Of a stretch of 27,916 nt of DNA, positions 16,662 to 22,685 are shown one piece after another. Each line of letters begins with the position of its first letter. The stretch's first letter is position 1. The position numbers and the translations under genes were made by a program. The notes under the pieces were generated by a model. That model did not search any database. It worked only from the letters and a program-made list of their open reading frames with translations, and was not told where the DNA came from. The stretch covers positions 1 through 27,916 of the forward strand of contig CAZYOT010000003.1 in the NCBI GenBank assembly GCA_964649305.1, in the 5' to 3' direction. This stretch comes from an uncultured Bdellovibrionales bacterium. GTDB taxonomy: Bacteria > Patescibacteriota > Minisyncoccia > Moranbacterales > UBA1568.

Positions 16662-16862
16662 ATGGCTCTTCCAAAGCAAAGACATACCCGCCATCGTCGA
16701 GATCGTGCTCGTAAGCAATACGACGTAGAGCTCCAAAATACTGCTACCTGCCCTAAATGTGGTGCTCGCGTGATTACTCATCGTGCCTGTAAAGAATGTG
16801 GTACCTACAAAGGCAAAGAAGTAGTGAAAATTGCTGCTCCAAAACTTAAGAAAGCAGCCTAA
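16662..16862 (+). CDS. rpmF: 50S ribosomal protein bL32
   Basis: MALPKQRHTRHRRDRARK, CPKCG...HRACKECGTYKGKEV (zinc-binding form). Confidence 0.97.
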   Translation: MALPKQRHTRHRRDRARKQYDVELQNTATCPKCGARVITHRACKECGTYKGKEVVKIAAPKLKKAA

Positions 16863-16920
16863 TAAGACTTTCTCAAATCTTTTCAAAAATCGTTCGTAAG
16901 TTCCTTGCAAAACAAAAACC

Positions 16921-17550
16921 ATGGCCAATAGACACCTTCAGCGCTCAGTCGCAATGCAATCACTCTTCGAGTGGGATTTTAAGGGTCGCAAAAACGAGCA
17001 GTCCCGCGCTATCTTGAAGCGCAATATCGTCGAGTTTGCCCCGGGTATTGATGACACTATTTTTGCTGAGCATCTTATCGAAGGCACGCTCCGTGAACAA
17101 AAGACTATTGATGCCTTGATTGTGAAGTGTGCTCCTGAGTGGCCATTGGAGCAGGTGACGGTGATTGATAGAAATATCTTGCGACTCGGTATCTATGAAC
17201 TCATGTTTGGCAATTACGAGGAGGTGCCGCCAAAGGTGGCTATCAATGAAGCCATAGAGCTTGCTAAGTCTTTTGGAAGTGATGCCAGTGCACGTTTTGT
17301 GAATGGTGTACTTGGGACTATTTATCGTGAGATGGGTGAGCCAATGAAAGATGATGTCTCGGCCAACCATAAGCGTGAAGATGGAGAAAAAAAGAAGGCT
17401 CCAGCTGAGCCTACTGAGACTAAAAAGACTACCACAAAGGCCACTGCACCTAAGAAGGTTGCTGCAAAGGCAAAGGTTTTGGTAGAAGAAAAAAAAGCTC
17501 CCAAGAAGACAACAGCCAAAAAAACAGCCAAAAAAACGACTAAGAAATAA
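16921..17550 (+). CDS. nusB: Transcription antitermination factor NusB with a Lys-rich C-terminal tail
   Basis: RHLQRSVAMQSLFEWD, DRNILRLGIYEL, PPKVAINEAIELAKSFG, FVNGVLG, then a 53-aa K/A/T/P tail. Confidence 0.97.
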   Translation: MANRHLQRSVAMQSLFEWDFKGRKNEQSRAILKRNIVEFAPGIDDTIFAEHLIEGTLREQKTIDALIVKCAPEWPLEQVTVIDRNILRLGIYELMFGNYEEVPPKVAINEAIELAKSFGSDASARFVNGVLGTIYREMGEPMKDDVSANHKREDGEKKKAPAEPTETKKTTTKATAPKKVAAKAKVLVEEKKAPKKTTAKKTAKKTTKK

Positions 17551-17557
17551 TAGAGTG

Positions 17558-17586
17558 GAGGCTGCTAGAGAGCAGTCTCATTTTTA
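17558..17586 (+). terminator. Terminator-like hairpin between nusB and rnc
   Basis: GAGGCTGCT-AGAG-AGCAGTCTC followed by ATTTTTT. Confidence 0.6.
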
Positions 17587-17597
17587 TCGGAATAGCT

Positions 17598-18293
17598 ATG
17601 AATCATACAGTAGATACTGCCGGCCTTGCTGCCACACTGGATATTACTATCACCAAGACAGAGCTTTATCATGAAGCTTTGACACATCGTTCATACCTCA
17701 ATGAGCATCGTGACTATGCCTATCCTCATAATGAGCGTCTCGAATTCCTTGGAGATGCCGTGTTGGAATTGGTTGTGACACGTCACTTGTTTGATACTCT
17801 CCCAAATCCAGAAGGGGAACTGACGAGTTTTCGCGCCGCGCTTGTGAATGGTGAGATGCTTTCCGTTATAGGTAAGGAACTAGGGATTGAAAAATTTCTT
17901 CTCATGAGTCGTGGTGAGGCCAAGGATACTGGTCGCGCACGTAGCTATCTTATCGCCAACGCCATGGAGGCTATCATCGGGGCAATTTATCTTGACCAGG
18001 GGTATGATGATGCCGGGCTGTTTATTGAGCGTCACATCCTTTCTCGTTTACCAGAAGTGATGGAGAAAGGACTCTACACCGATCCCAAAAGTCATTTTCA
18101 GGAGATGGCTCAGGAGAAAGCCGGTATTACACCAAGTTATGGTGTGCTTCGAGAATGGGGACCAGACCATGACCGTCATTTTGTAGCGGGAGTTTTTCTT
18201 GAGGAAGAACTGGTTGCTGAAGGCGAGGGTGCGAGCAAACAGGACGCCCAGCGAGCAGCCGCCAAGAAAGCTCTTGAAGCCAAGGGCTGGTAA
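17598..18293 (+). CDS. rnc: Ribonuclease III
   Basis: ALTHRSY, HNERLEFLGDAVLEL signature, ANAMEAIIGAIYLDQG, C-terminal dsRBD (DPKSHFQE...SKQDAQRAAA). Confidence 0.99.
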   Translation: MNHTVDTAGLAATLDITITKTELYHEALTHRSYLNEHRDYAYPHNERLEFLGDAVLELVVTRHLFDTLPNPEGELTSFRAALVNGEMLSVIGKELGIEKFLLMSRGEAKDTGRARSYLIANAMEAIIGAIYLDQGYDDAGLFIERHILSRLPEVMEKGLYTDPKSHFQEMAQEKAGITPSYGVLREWGPDHDRHFVAGVFLEEELVAEGEGASKQDAQRAAAKKALEAKGW

Positions 18294-18297
18294 TTGA

Positions 18298-18353
18298 TGA
18301 GGTTTTAGGTGATGGGTATTAGAGAAAATGTAAAATGAAAAGTTAAAAACAGT
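18298..18353 (+). repeat. Heptamer-period array in the rnc 3' UTR
   Basis: TGAGGTT TTAGGTG ATGGGTA TTAGAGA, then AAATGTA AAATGAA AAGTTAA AAACAGT, all in one 7-nt register. Confidence 0.6.
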
Positions 18354-18370
18354 CTCACAGCTGTTTTTTT
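18345..18370 (+). terminator. Terminator-like hairpin after rnc
   Basis: AAAAACAG-8nt-CTGTTTTT followed by TT. Confidence 0.55.
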
Positions 18371-18412
18371 AATTAGGTCTTGATTAAGCTGAAGGTTGTT
18401 TTTGAAGAGGTT

Positions 18413-18466
18413 CTTTTTAGAAAAAAGCTTGGTCTCTTCGTCTGACGAAGAGTTTTTTCTAAAAAG
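18413..18466. repeat. Compound palindrome, GTCNGAC core
   Basis: CTTTTTAGAAAAAA-gcttggt-CTCTTCGTC-T-GACGAAGAG-TTTTTTCTAAAAAG: perfect 14-bp outer and 9-bp inner inverted repeats. Confidence 0.9.
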
Positions 18467-18553
18467 TAGAGTGTAGTATTTCGCAGGAAAATACAAACGT
18501 CTCTGAAAAAATAATCTTTGGTTTAATTTTGAGAGTGAGTAATTTTAGGTAAC

Positions 18554-18590
18554 AAAAAACCGGTGAGGAGAGCAAATTCTCTCCTCCCGG
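18554..18590 (-). terminator. Intrinsic terminator of the minus-strand lipoprotein gene
   Basis: Minus strand CCGG-GAGGAGAG-6nt-CTCTCCTC-A-CCGG-TTTTTT. A second hairpin, CTCGGC/GCCGAG, lies at 18605-18620. Confidence 0.85.
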
Positions 18591-18624
18591 GTCTTGGGTA
18601 TTGTCTCGGCTGGTGCCGAGGGGG

Positions 18625-19140
18625 TTATTCTTCTTCGGCCGGCTCCGGCGCCAGTGCGTCGTGCATGTGCTCGAAGGCAGTAATTCTCTCAGAAAAGCTG
18701 GGTCCATAGTAGGCGGTTCCGGTTTGGGTGACGCCAGTAATGTACTTACTCCAACAGAGAGTAGCCTCATGTTCCTGGCTTATTTCGACAGTACAGAGAA
18801 GGTCTGACTTCGCCGTAACAGGCAAAATATTTGTCTTGACTCGCTCCCAGCCGGCATGGCTGAATATACCATCGACCATTCCTTGAAATTTATGGTCATT
18901 GATAGAGTAGCGAATAGATACCCATTTGGTAGTTCGATACTGAGGCACCCGTGGGTACAGACCATTGACCTTGATAGGCACGCGCTTCACGAAGTCCTGC
19001 TGGCAGGTGCCATCGGCATTGCACTTGACTTGCACGTATGAGGCCGAGTTTTTGTCGGATTGCGAGTCGGCCTTGGCGCAGCCCATGAGCAGGGTGGTGC
19101 CAGCCAGGACGGCGACGAAGAAGTGGTTGTTAAAGTTCAT
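18625..19140 (-). CDS. Hypothetical lipoprotein (171 aa)
   Basis: ATG 19140 with AGGAG 7 nt upstream. Hydrophobic leader ending in the lipobox LMG|C21, plus four more Cys. Confidence 0.75.
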   Translation of the reverse strand: MNFNNHFFVAVLAGTTLLMGCAKADSQSDKNSASYVQVKCNADGTCQQDFVKRVPIKVNGLYPRVPQYRTTKWVSIRYSINDHKFQGMVDGIFSHAGWERVKTNILPVTAKSDLLCTVEISQEHEATLCWSKYITGVTQTGTAYYGPSFSERITAFEHMHDALAPEPAEEE

Positions 19141-19208
19141 GATGGGTCTCCTGGGCTCGGAATTGAGCCTAAATTTTGCCAAAGCACCATTTAGGTACTT
19201 GACTATGT

Positions 19209-19237
19209 ATTATACGCCTATTTCTCTCTTTTGTCAA
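19209..19237 (-). promoter_or_regulatory. Perfect consensus sigma70 promoter for the lipoprotein gene
   Basis: Minus strand TTGACA(19237-32), 17-nt spacer, TATAAT(19214-09). Confidence 0.9.
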
Positions 19238-19284
19238 TGCTCTGTAGCCGAGAAACAAGCCTTGTGGCATAATGAATGTACATA

Positions 19285-19376
19285 AAAAGTAAAATATCAA
19301 AATTTAAAAAGTGTAAGAGATAAAGTTCGGTGCTTTACCGGTTTTTAATTTTGCAGTTTAATTTTTGCATTTTTGT
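19285..19376. repeat. Inverted pair of heptamer-period A-tract/T-tract arrays upstream of smc
   Basis: AAAAGTA AAATATC AAAATTT AAAAAGT, central TAAAG/CTTTA hairpin (19321-37), then TTTTTAA TTTTGCA GTTTAAT TTTTGCA TTTTTGT. Confidence 0.7.
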
Positions 19377-19377
19377 C

Positions 19378-21693
19378 GTGTATCTCAAGAAAGTTGAAAT
19401 TAACGGGTTCAAATCATTTGCCAACAAGACAGTGTTGGATTTTTCTGCCTATCCGGCAGACAAGTCGCCGACCCTGGACTCTGGCTCGAGTATTGCTCGT
19501 ACGATTACCGCTATCGTGGGTCCTAATGGCAGTGGTAAGTCCAATGTAGCTGATGCTATCCGTTGGGCGATTGGTGAGCAGTCGGTTAAGAATCTGCGTG
19601 GTAAGAAATCAGAAGATGTGATTTTTGCGGGTACTGACAAGAAGGCCCGTATGGGAAGTGCTTCGGTGACGCTTCATTTTGATAATAGTGATAAGCGTAT
19701 CCCGATTGAGTTTGGTGAAGTTTCTATTACTCGCAAAGTCTACCGTAGTGGTGAGAGCGAGTACCTGATCAATGGTTCTAAGGTCCGTCTTTTGGATATT
19801 ATCGACCTTCTTGCCAAAGCGGGTATCGGTAAGGATAGCTACTCAGTCATTACTCAGGGTATGAGTGATGCTACGCTTCAGGCCACACCGCTTGAGCGTA
19901 GGAGTATTTTTGAGGACGCTGCCGGAGTCAAGCAGTATCAGATAGAAAAAGAGCGTTCACAGAGGAAGCTTGTGAATACCGAAGAAAATCTCGCTCGTGT
20001 AGAAGCCTTGATACAGGAAATCGAGCCCCATCTCAAAGGTCTTAAGCGTCAGGCAGAGAAAGCCTCACAGGGGAAGGATGTAGCTTTGAGACTCTATGAA
20101 AAACAAGTCTTGCTTTACGGCTATCTTTGGAAGCAGTTTGAAAAAGAACGTAGCACTGTCTTGGTAGAGCGTGACACTTTGCAGAAGCGTGTATTTGAAT
20201 TGGAAGTCAGTACCAATACGCTTTCAGGTGAGATGACTGTCCTCCGAGAAGAACTTGAAGGTGAGCAAGAAGAAGTAGAGCTCGTGAAAACCCTTGATAC
20301 TCTCCGGGCTGAGCAGAATGACATCGAGCGTAAGCAGAGTGTGCTCCGCGGTAAGATGGAGATTGAGCGTGAACGTCAGAAAGAAGAGGAAGTGATTCGC
20401 ACTATCCCAGTGGATTTGCCGTATGTCCAAAAAGCCCTTGATGCAATTCGTGAGGCTCAAGGAGTACTCGTAAAAAGCATTGCTAAGTGCCAGAGTCTTG
20501 AAGAACTGGTGACGCTCAAGAAGCAAGCGGAAGCTATCCAAGAGCAATTGAGTGAGCTTAATACCAAGGCGAGTGAGGGGAGTGTCAAAGAAGTCCAGGT
20601 CATTCGTTTACCAGTGGCAGAAAAAGAGGCCAGTGATGCTCGTATCAAAGAGAGCGAAGATGAGCTCAAGGCTATGAGTGCTCGCTATGAAGTGGTCAAG
20701 AAGTCTATCAAAGACCTCGAAGAAAAAATCACTACCTCACGTGATGCTACCAAAGCCAAGCGAGACGCTTTTTTTGATAAAGAAAAAACTTGGCGTGAAA
20801 CCGAAATGGAGTTGGCTCGCAAAAAAGATGCTCTTAATGAAATCAAAGTACGTTTGGCTCGAGTGGAAGTGCGTGAAGAGGATTTGACCAAGCTTGTACA
20901 AGAAGAGTTAAACGTGGCTCCGACTACACTAACCTACAATGAGAACACGCCAGTAGAACGTGAACGCCTAGAGCGCGAGATTACGCGTCTCAAGGTAGAA
21001 GTGGAGCACATCGGGAGTATTGATCCAGAAGTGGTCCATGAGTACGAAGAAACTCAGGAGCGTTTTGACTTCCTTACGCGTGAGTCGGGTGATCTACGTC
21101 AGGCCATGGAGAGTTTGGTCACAGTGATTGCGGAAATGGACCAAAAAATTGAGCATGCTTTCAAGAAGGCTTTTCATGATATCCGTGAAAAATTTGCTGA
21201 GAACTTTAAGATTATATTTGGAGGAGGTAAGGCTGAGCTTTCGCTCGTAGCGGTCCAAAAAAGAAAGCGCAATGTCGATGCCGAGCTTGAGGGTGAAGCT
21301 GTGGACGAGGAAGTAGCTCTCGAAGAGTCTCAGTCTGGGATTGAAATCTATGCCTGCCCACCAGGTAAGAAAATTACCAACTTATCTATGCTTTCCGGTG
21401 GAGAACGTTCTCTGACGTCACTCGCCCTTCTTTTTGCCATTATTTCATACAATCCGCCACCATTTGCGGTCCTTGATGAAGTGGAAGCGGCTCTCGATGA
21501 GGCTAATTCACGCCGTTTTGGGAAGATGCTCGGAGAGCTTTCTCGAGAGACTCAGTTTATCGCCATTACTCATAATCGCGAGACTATGTCGCATGCCAGC
21601 CTCCTTTATGGCGTTACTATGGGAGCAGACGGTATTTCGCAGCTTCTTTCTGTCCATTTGGATGAAATAGAGAAAAAAGTGCTTAAGGCTTAA
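19378..21693 (+). CDS. smc: SMC-family ATPase, short (771 aa), no recognisable canonical hinge
   Basis: GTG start, YLKKVEINGFKSFA, Walker A GPNGSGKSN, Q-loop VITQG, FEDAAGV, signature LSGGERSL, Walker B/D-loop VLDEVEAALDEAN, THN. It lies in the rnc-smc-rpsP context. Confidence 0.93.
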   Translation: MYLKKVEINGFKSFANKTVLDFSAYPADKSPTLDSGSSIARTITAIVGPNGSGKSNVADAIRWAIGEQSVKNLRGKKSEDVIFAGTDKKARMGSASVTLHFDNSDKRIPIEFGEVSITRKVYRSGESEYLINGSKVRLLDIIDLLAKAGIGKDSYSVITQGMSDATLQATPLERRSIFEDAAGVKQYQIEKERSQRKLVNTEENLARVEALIQEIEPHLKGLKRQAEKASQGKDVALRLYEKQVLLYGYLWKQFEKERSTVLVERDTLQKRVFELEVSTNTLSGEMTVLREELEGEQEEVELVKTLDTLRAEQNDIERKQSVLRGKMEIERERQKEEEVIRTIPVDLPYVQKALDAIREAQGVLVKSIAKCQSLEELVTLKKQAEAIQEQLSELNTKASEGSVKEVQVIRLPVAEKEASDARIKESEDELKAMSARYEVVKKSIKDLEEKITTSRDATKAKRDAFFDKEKTWRETEMELARKKDALNEIKVRLARVEVREEDLTKLVQEELNVAPTTLTYNENTPVERERLEREITRLKVEVEHIGSIDPEVVHEYEETQERFDFLTRESGDLRQAMESLVTVIAEMDQKIEHAFKKAFHDIREKFAENFKIIFGGGKAELSLVAVQKRKRNVDAELEGEAVDEEVALEESQSGIEIYACPPGKKITNLSMLSGGERSLTSLALLFAIISYNPPPFAVLDEVEAALDEANSRRFGKMLGELSRETQFIAITHNRETMSHASLLYGVTMGADGISQLLSVHLDEIEKKVLKA
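19444..19464 (+). repeat. Short palindrome inside an SMC head loop insertion
   Basis: TCTGCC-TATCC-GGCAGA-CAAG, encoding SAYPADK within extra residues before the Walker A strand. Same arms and CAAG tail as the 21746-21783 element. Confidence 0.5.
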
Positions 21694-21700
21694 GGAAGCC

Positions 21701-21729
21701 TTGACGGCAATCTAAAAAGGCGGTATAGT
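21701..21729 (+). promoter_or_regulatory. Sigma70-type promoter for rpsP
   Basis: TTGACG, 17-nt spacer, TATAGT. Confidence 0.85.
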
Positions 21730-21745
21730 GAACCCTGTATCCTCC

Positions 21746-21783
21746 TCCGCCTTATGAAAGAATTAAGGCTACGGGCGGACAAG
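21746..21783 (+). repeat. Palindromic element in the rpsP 5' leader
   Basis: TCCGCC(21746-51)/GGCGGA(21774-79)-CAAG with an inner GCCTTA/TAAGGC hairpin. Confidence 0.65.
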
Positions 21784-21813
21784 TATAACTTAACTGATTC
21801 CAAAGCGTAAAGT

Positions 21814-22239
21814 ATGTTGACCATCCGTTTTAACCGCACAGGTAAGAAGAATCGCGTTTCTTATCGCGTTGTCCTCCAAGAAAAAACCAAAGCTCCTGGC
21901 AAACGTCATATCGAAATCCTCGGTAGCCATGATCCTCACACAAAGACCACTATCCTTAAGAAGGACCGTATTTTGGAGTGGTTGGCTAAGGGTGTACAGA
22001 CCTCTGACACCGTGCACAATCTTCTCGTACGTGAAGGTATAGTAGAGGGTAAGAAAGTCGCTCGTAAGATGCCTCGTCCTGAGCCAAAAGAAGTAGCTGA
22101 GCCGGAAGTAGTAGCTGAAGCTGAAGAAGCTGTCGCTGACGAAGTAAAGGAAGTGGTAGCAGATGTAGTAGAGGAAGTAGCTACAGAAGCTCCAGCCGTA
22201 GAGCAAGCTACTGAGACTGTAGCAGAAGAAGTAGCGTAG
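21814..22239 (+). CDS. rpsP: 30S ribosomal protein bS16 with an acidic C-terminal tail
   Basis: MLTIRFNRTGKKNRVSYRVV, EILGSHDPH, WLAKGVQTSDTVHNLL, then a 55-aa E/A/V tail. Confidence 0.97.
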   Translation: MLTIRFNRTGKKNRVSYRVVLQEKTKAPGKRHIEILGSHDPHTKTTILKKDRILEWLAKGVQTSDTVHNLLVREGIVEGKKVARKMPRPEPKEVAEPEVVAEAEEAVADEVKEVVADVVEEVATEAPAVEQATETVAEEVA

Positions 22240-22244
22240 GCTCG

Positions 22245-22320
22245 CCCCGTTAGAGGCGACCAGTTACGTACTGTTTGAGGGTTTGTCTTACAAAAATTTA
22301 CCGCCTCTAATGGGGTAAAC
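22245..22320. mobile_element. Short non-autonomous inverted-repeat element (MITE/REP-like), CCCGTTAGAG family
   Basis: CCCCGTTAGAGGCG(22245-58) / CGCCTCTAATGGGG(22302-15): 13 of 14 bp with one G-U, 43-nt interior, right end GGGGTAAA. Confidence 0.7.
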
Positions 22321-22349
22321 TTGACTTCGACACTTTTCTCTGATAGGCT
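22321..22349 (+). promoter_or_regulatory. Sigma70-type promoter for rplJ-rplL
   Basis: TTGACT, 17-nt spacer, TAGGCT, with extended -10 TG at 22341-42. Confidence 0.75.
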
Positions 22350-22364
22350 AGATACACAATAAAA

Positions 22365-22415
22365 TACTCCGTAGAAACAAGGCGTACCGCCCGTCCAGTA
22401 TCTGGCCGAGGTAAA
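22365..22415 (+). promoter_or_regulatory. L10 leader (uL10/bL12 autoregulatory RNA) candidate
   Basis: CCGTAGA...AGGCG...CGCC...CTGGCCGAGGT resembles the conserved CCGUAGAC...CCUGCCGAGG frame of rplJ leaders. It lies just after the predicted TSS (~22356). Confidence 0.6.
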
Positions 22416-22487
22416 TAAGTCCTTGTGAGGAACTTCACAGCAGTCATTGGTCATATCCTGACAAAAGATAGTGCTGGGAAATTTCTC

Positions 22488-22514
22488 ATCTGCGGATTAT
22501 CCGCAGATTTTTTT
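22488..22514 (+). terminator. Attenuator terminator in the rplJ leader
   Basis: ATCTGCGGA-TTA-TCCGCAGAT followed by T6. Confidence 0.8.
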
Positions 22515-22625
22515 ATCCCGTTAGAGTTAATAGAGTCTTCAGAAATTGGTTATTGATACGAATTGATAATCATTGATAGAACTTAATTCTATACAGAGGA
22601 CCCGGTTAACTCTAACGGGATAAAA
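22511..22625. mobile_element. 115-bp MITE-like element with 20-bp perfect terminal inverted repeats
   Basis: TTTTATCCCGTTAGAGTTAA(22511-30) / TTAACTCTAACGGGATAAAA(22606-25). The interior also pairs (GTCTTC/GAGGAC; AGAAATTGGTT/AACTTAATTCT with bulges). Confidence 0.8.
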
Positions 22626-22685
22626 TTTACAAACATATCGGTCGAACAAGTATAAAAGTTCAATTTTTCGTAACAGGTTAAAAAT

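Noticed and set aside
19330-19377. Upstream ORF-track starts for smc, rplA, folA, rpmF, peroxiredoxin, csp and the lipoprotein
   Set aside because: The extensions run through promoters, leaders or repeats and precede the conserved N-terminal motifs. Downstream starts were used.
20491-20493. Cys at the SMC apex as a possible Rad50-type zinc hook
   Set aside because: It is a single Cys (KCQS) with no CxxC.
22559-22577. Fur-box-like TGATAATCATT inside the 115-bp element
   Set aside because: Only 12 of 19 bases match the Fur consensus, the flanks do not fit, and there is no iron-related gene nearby.
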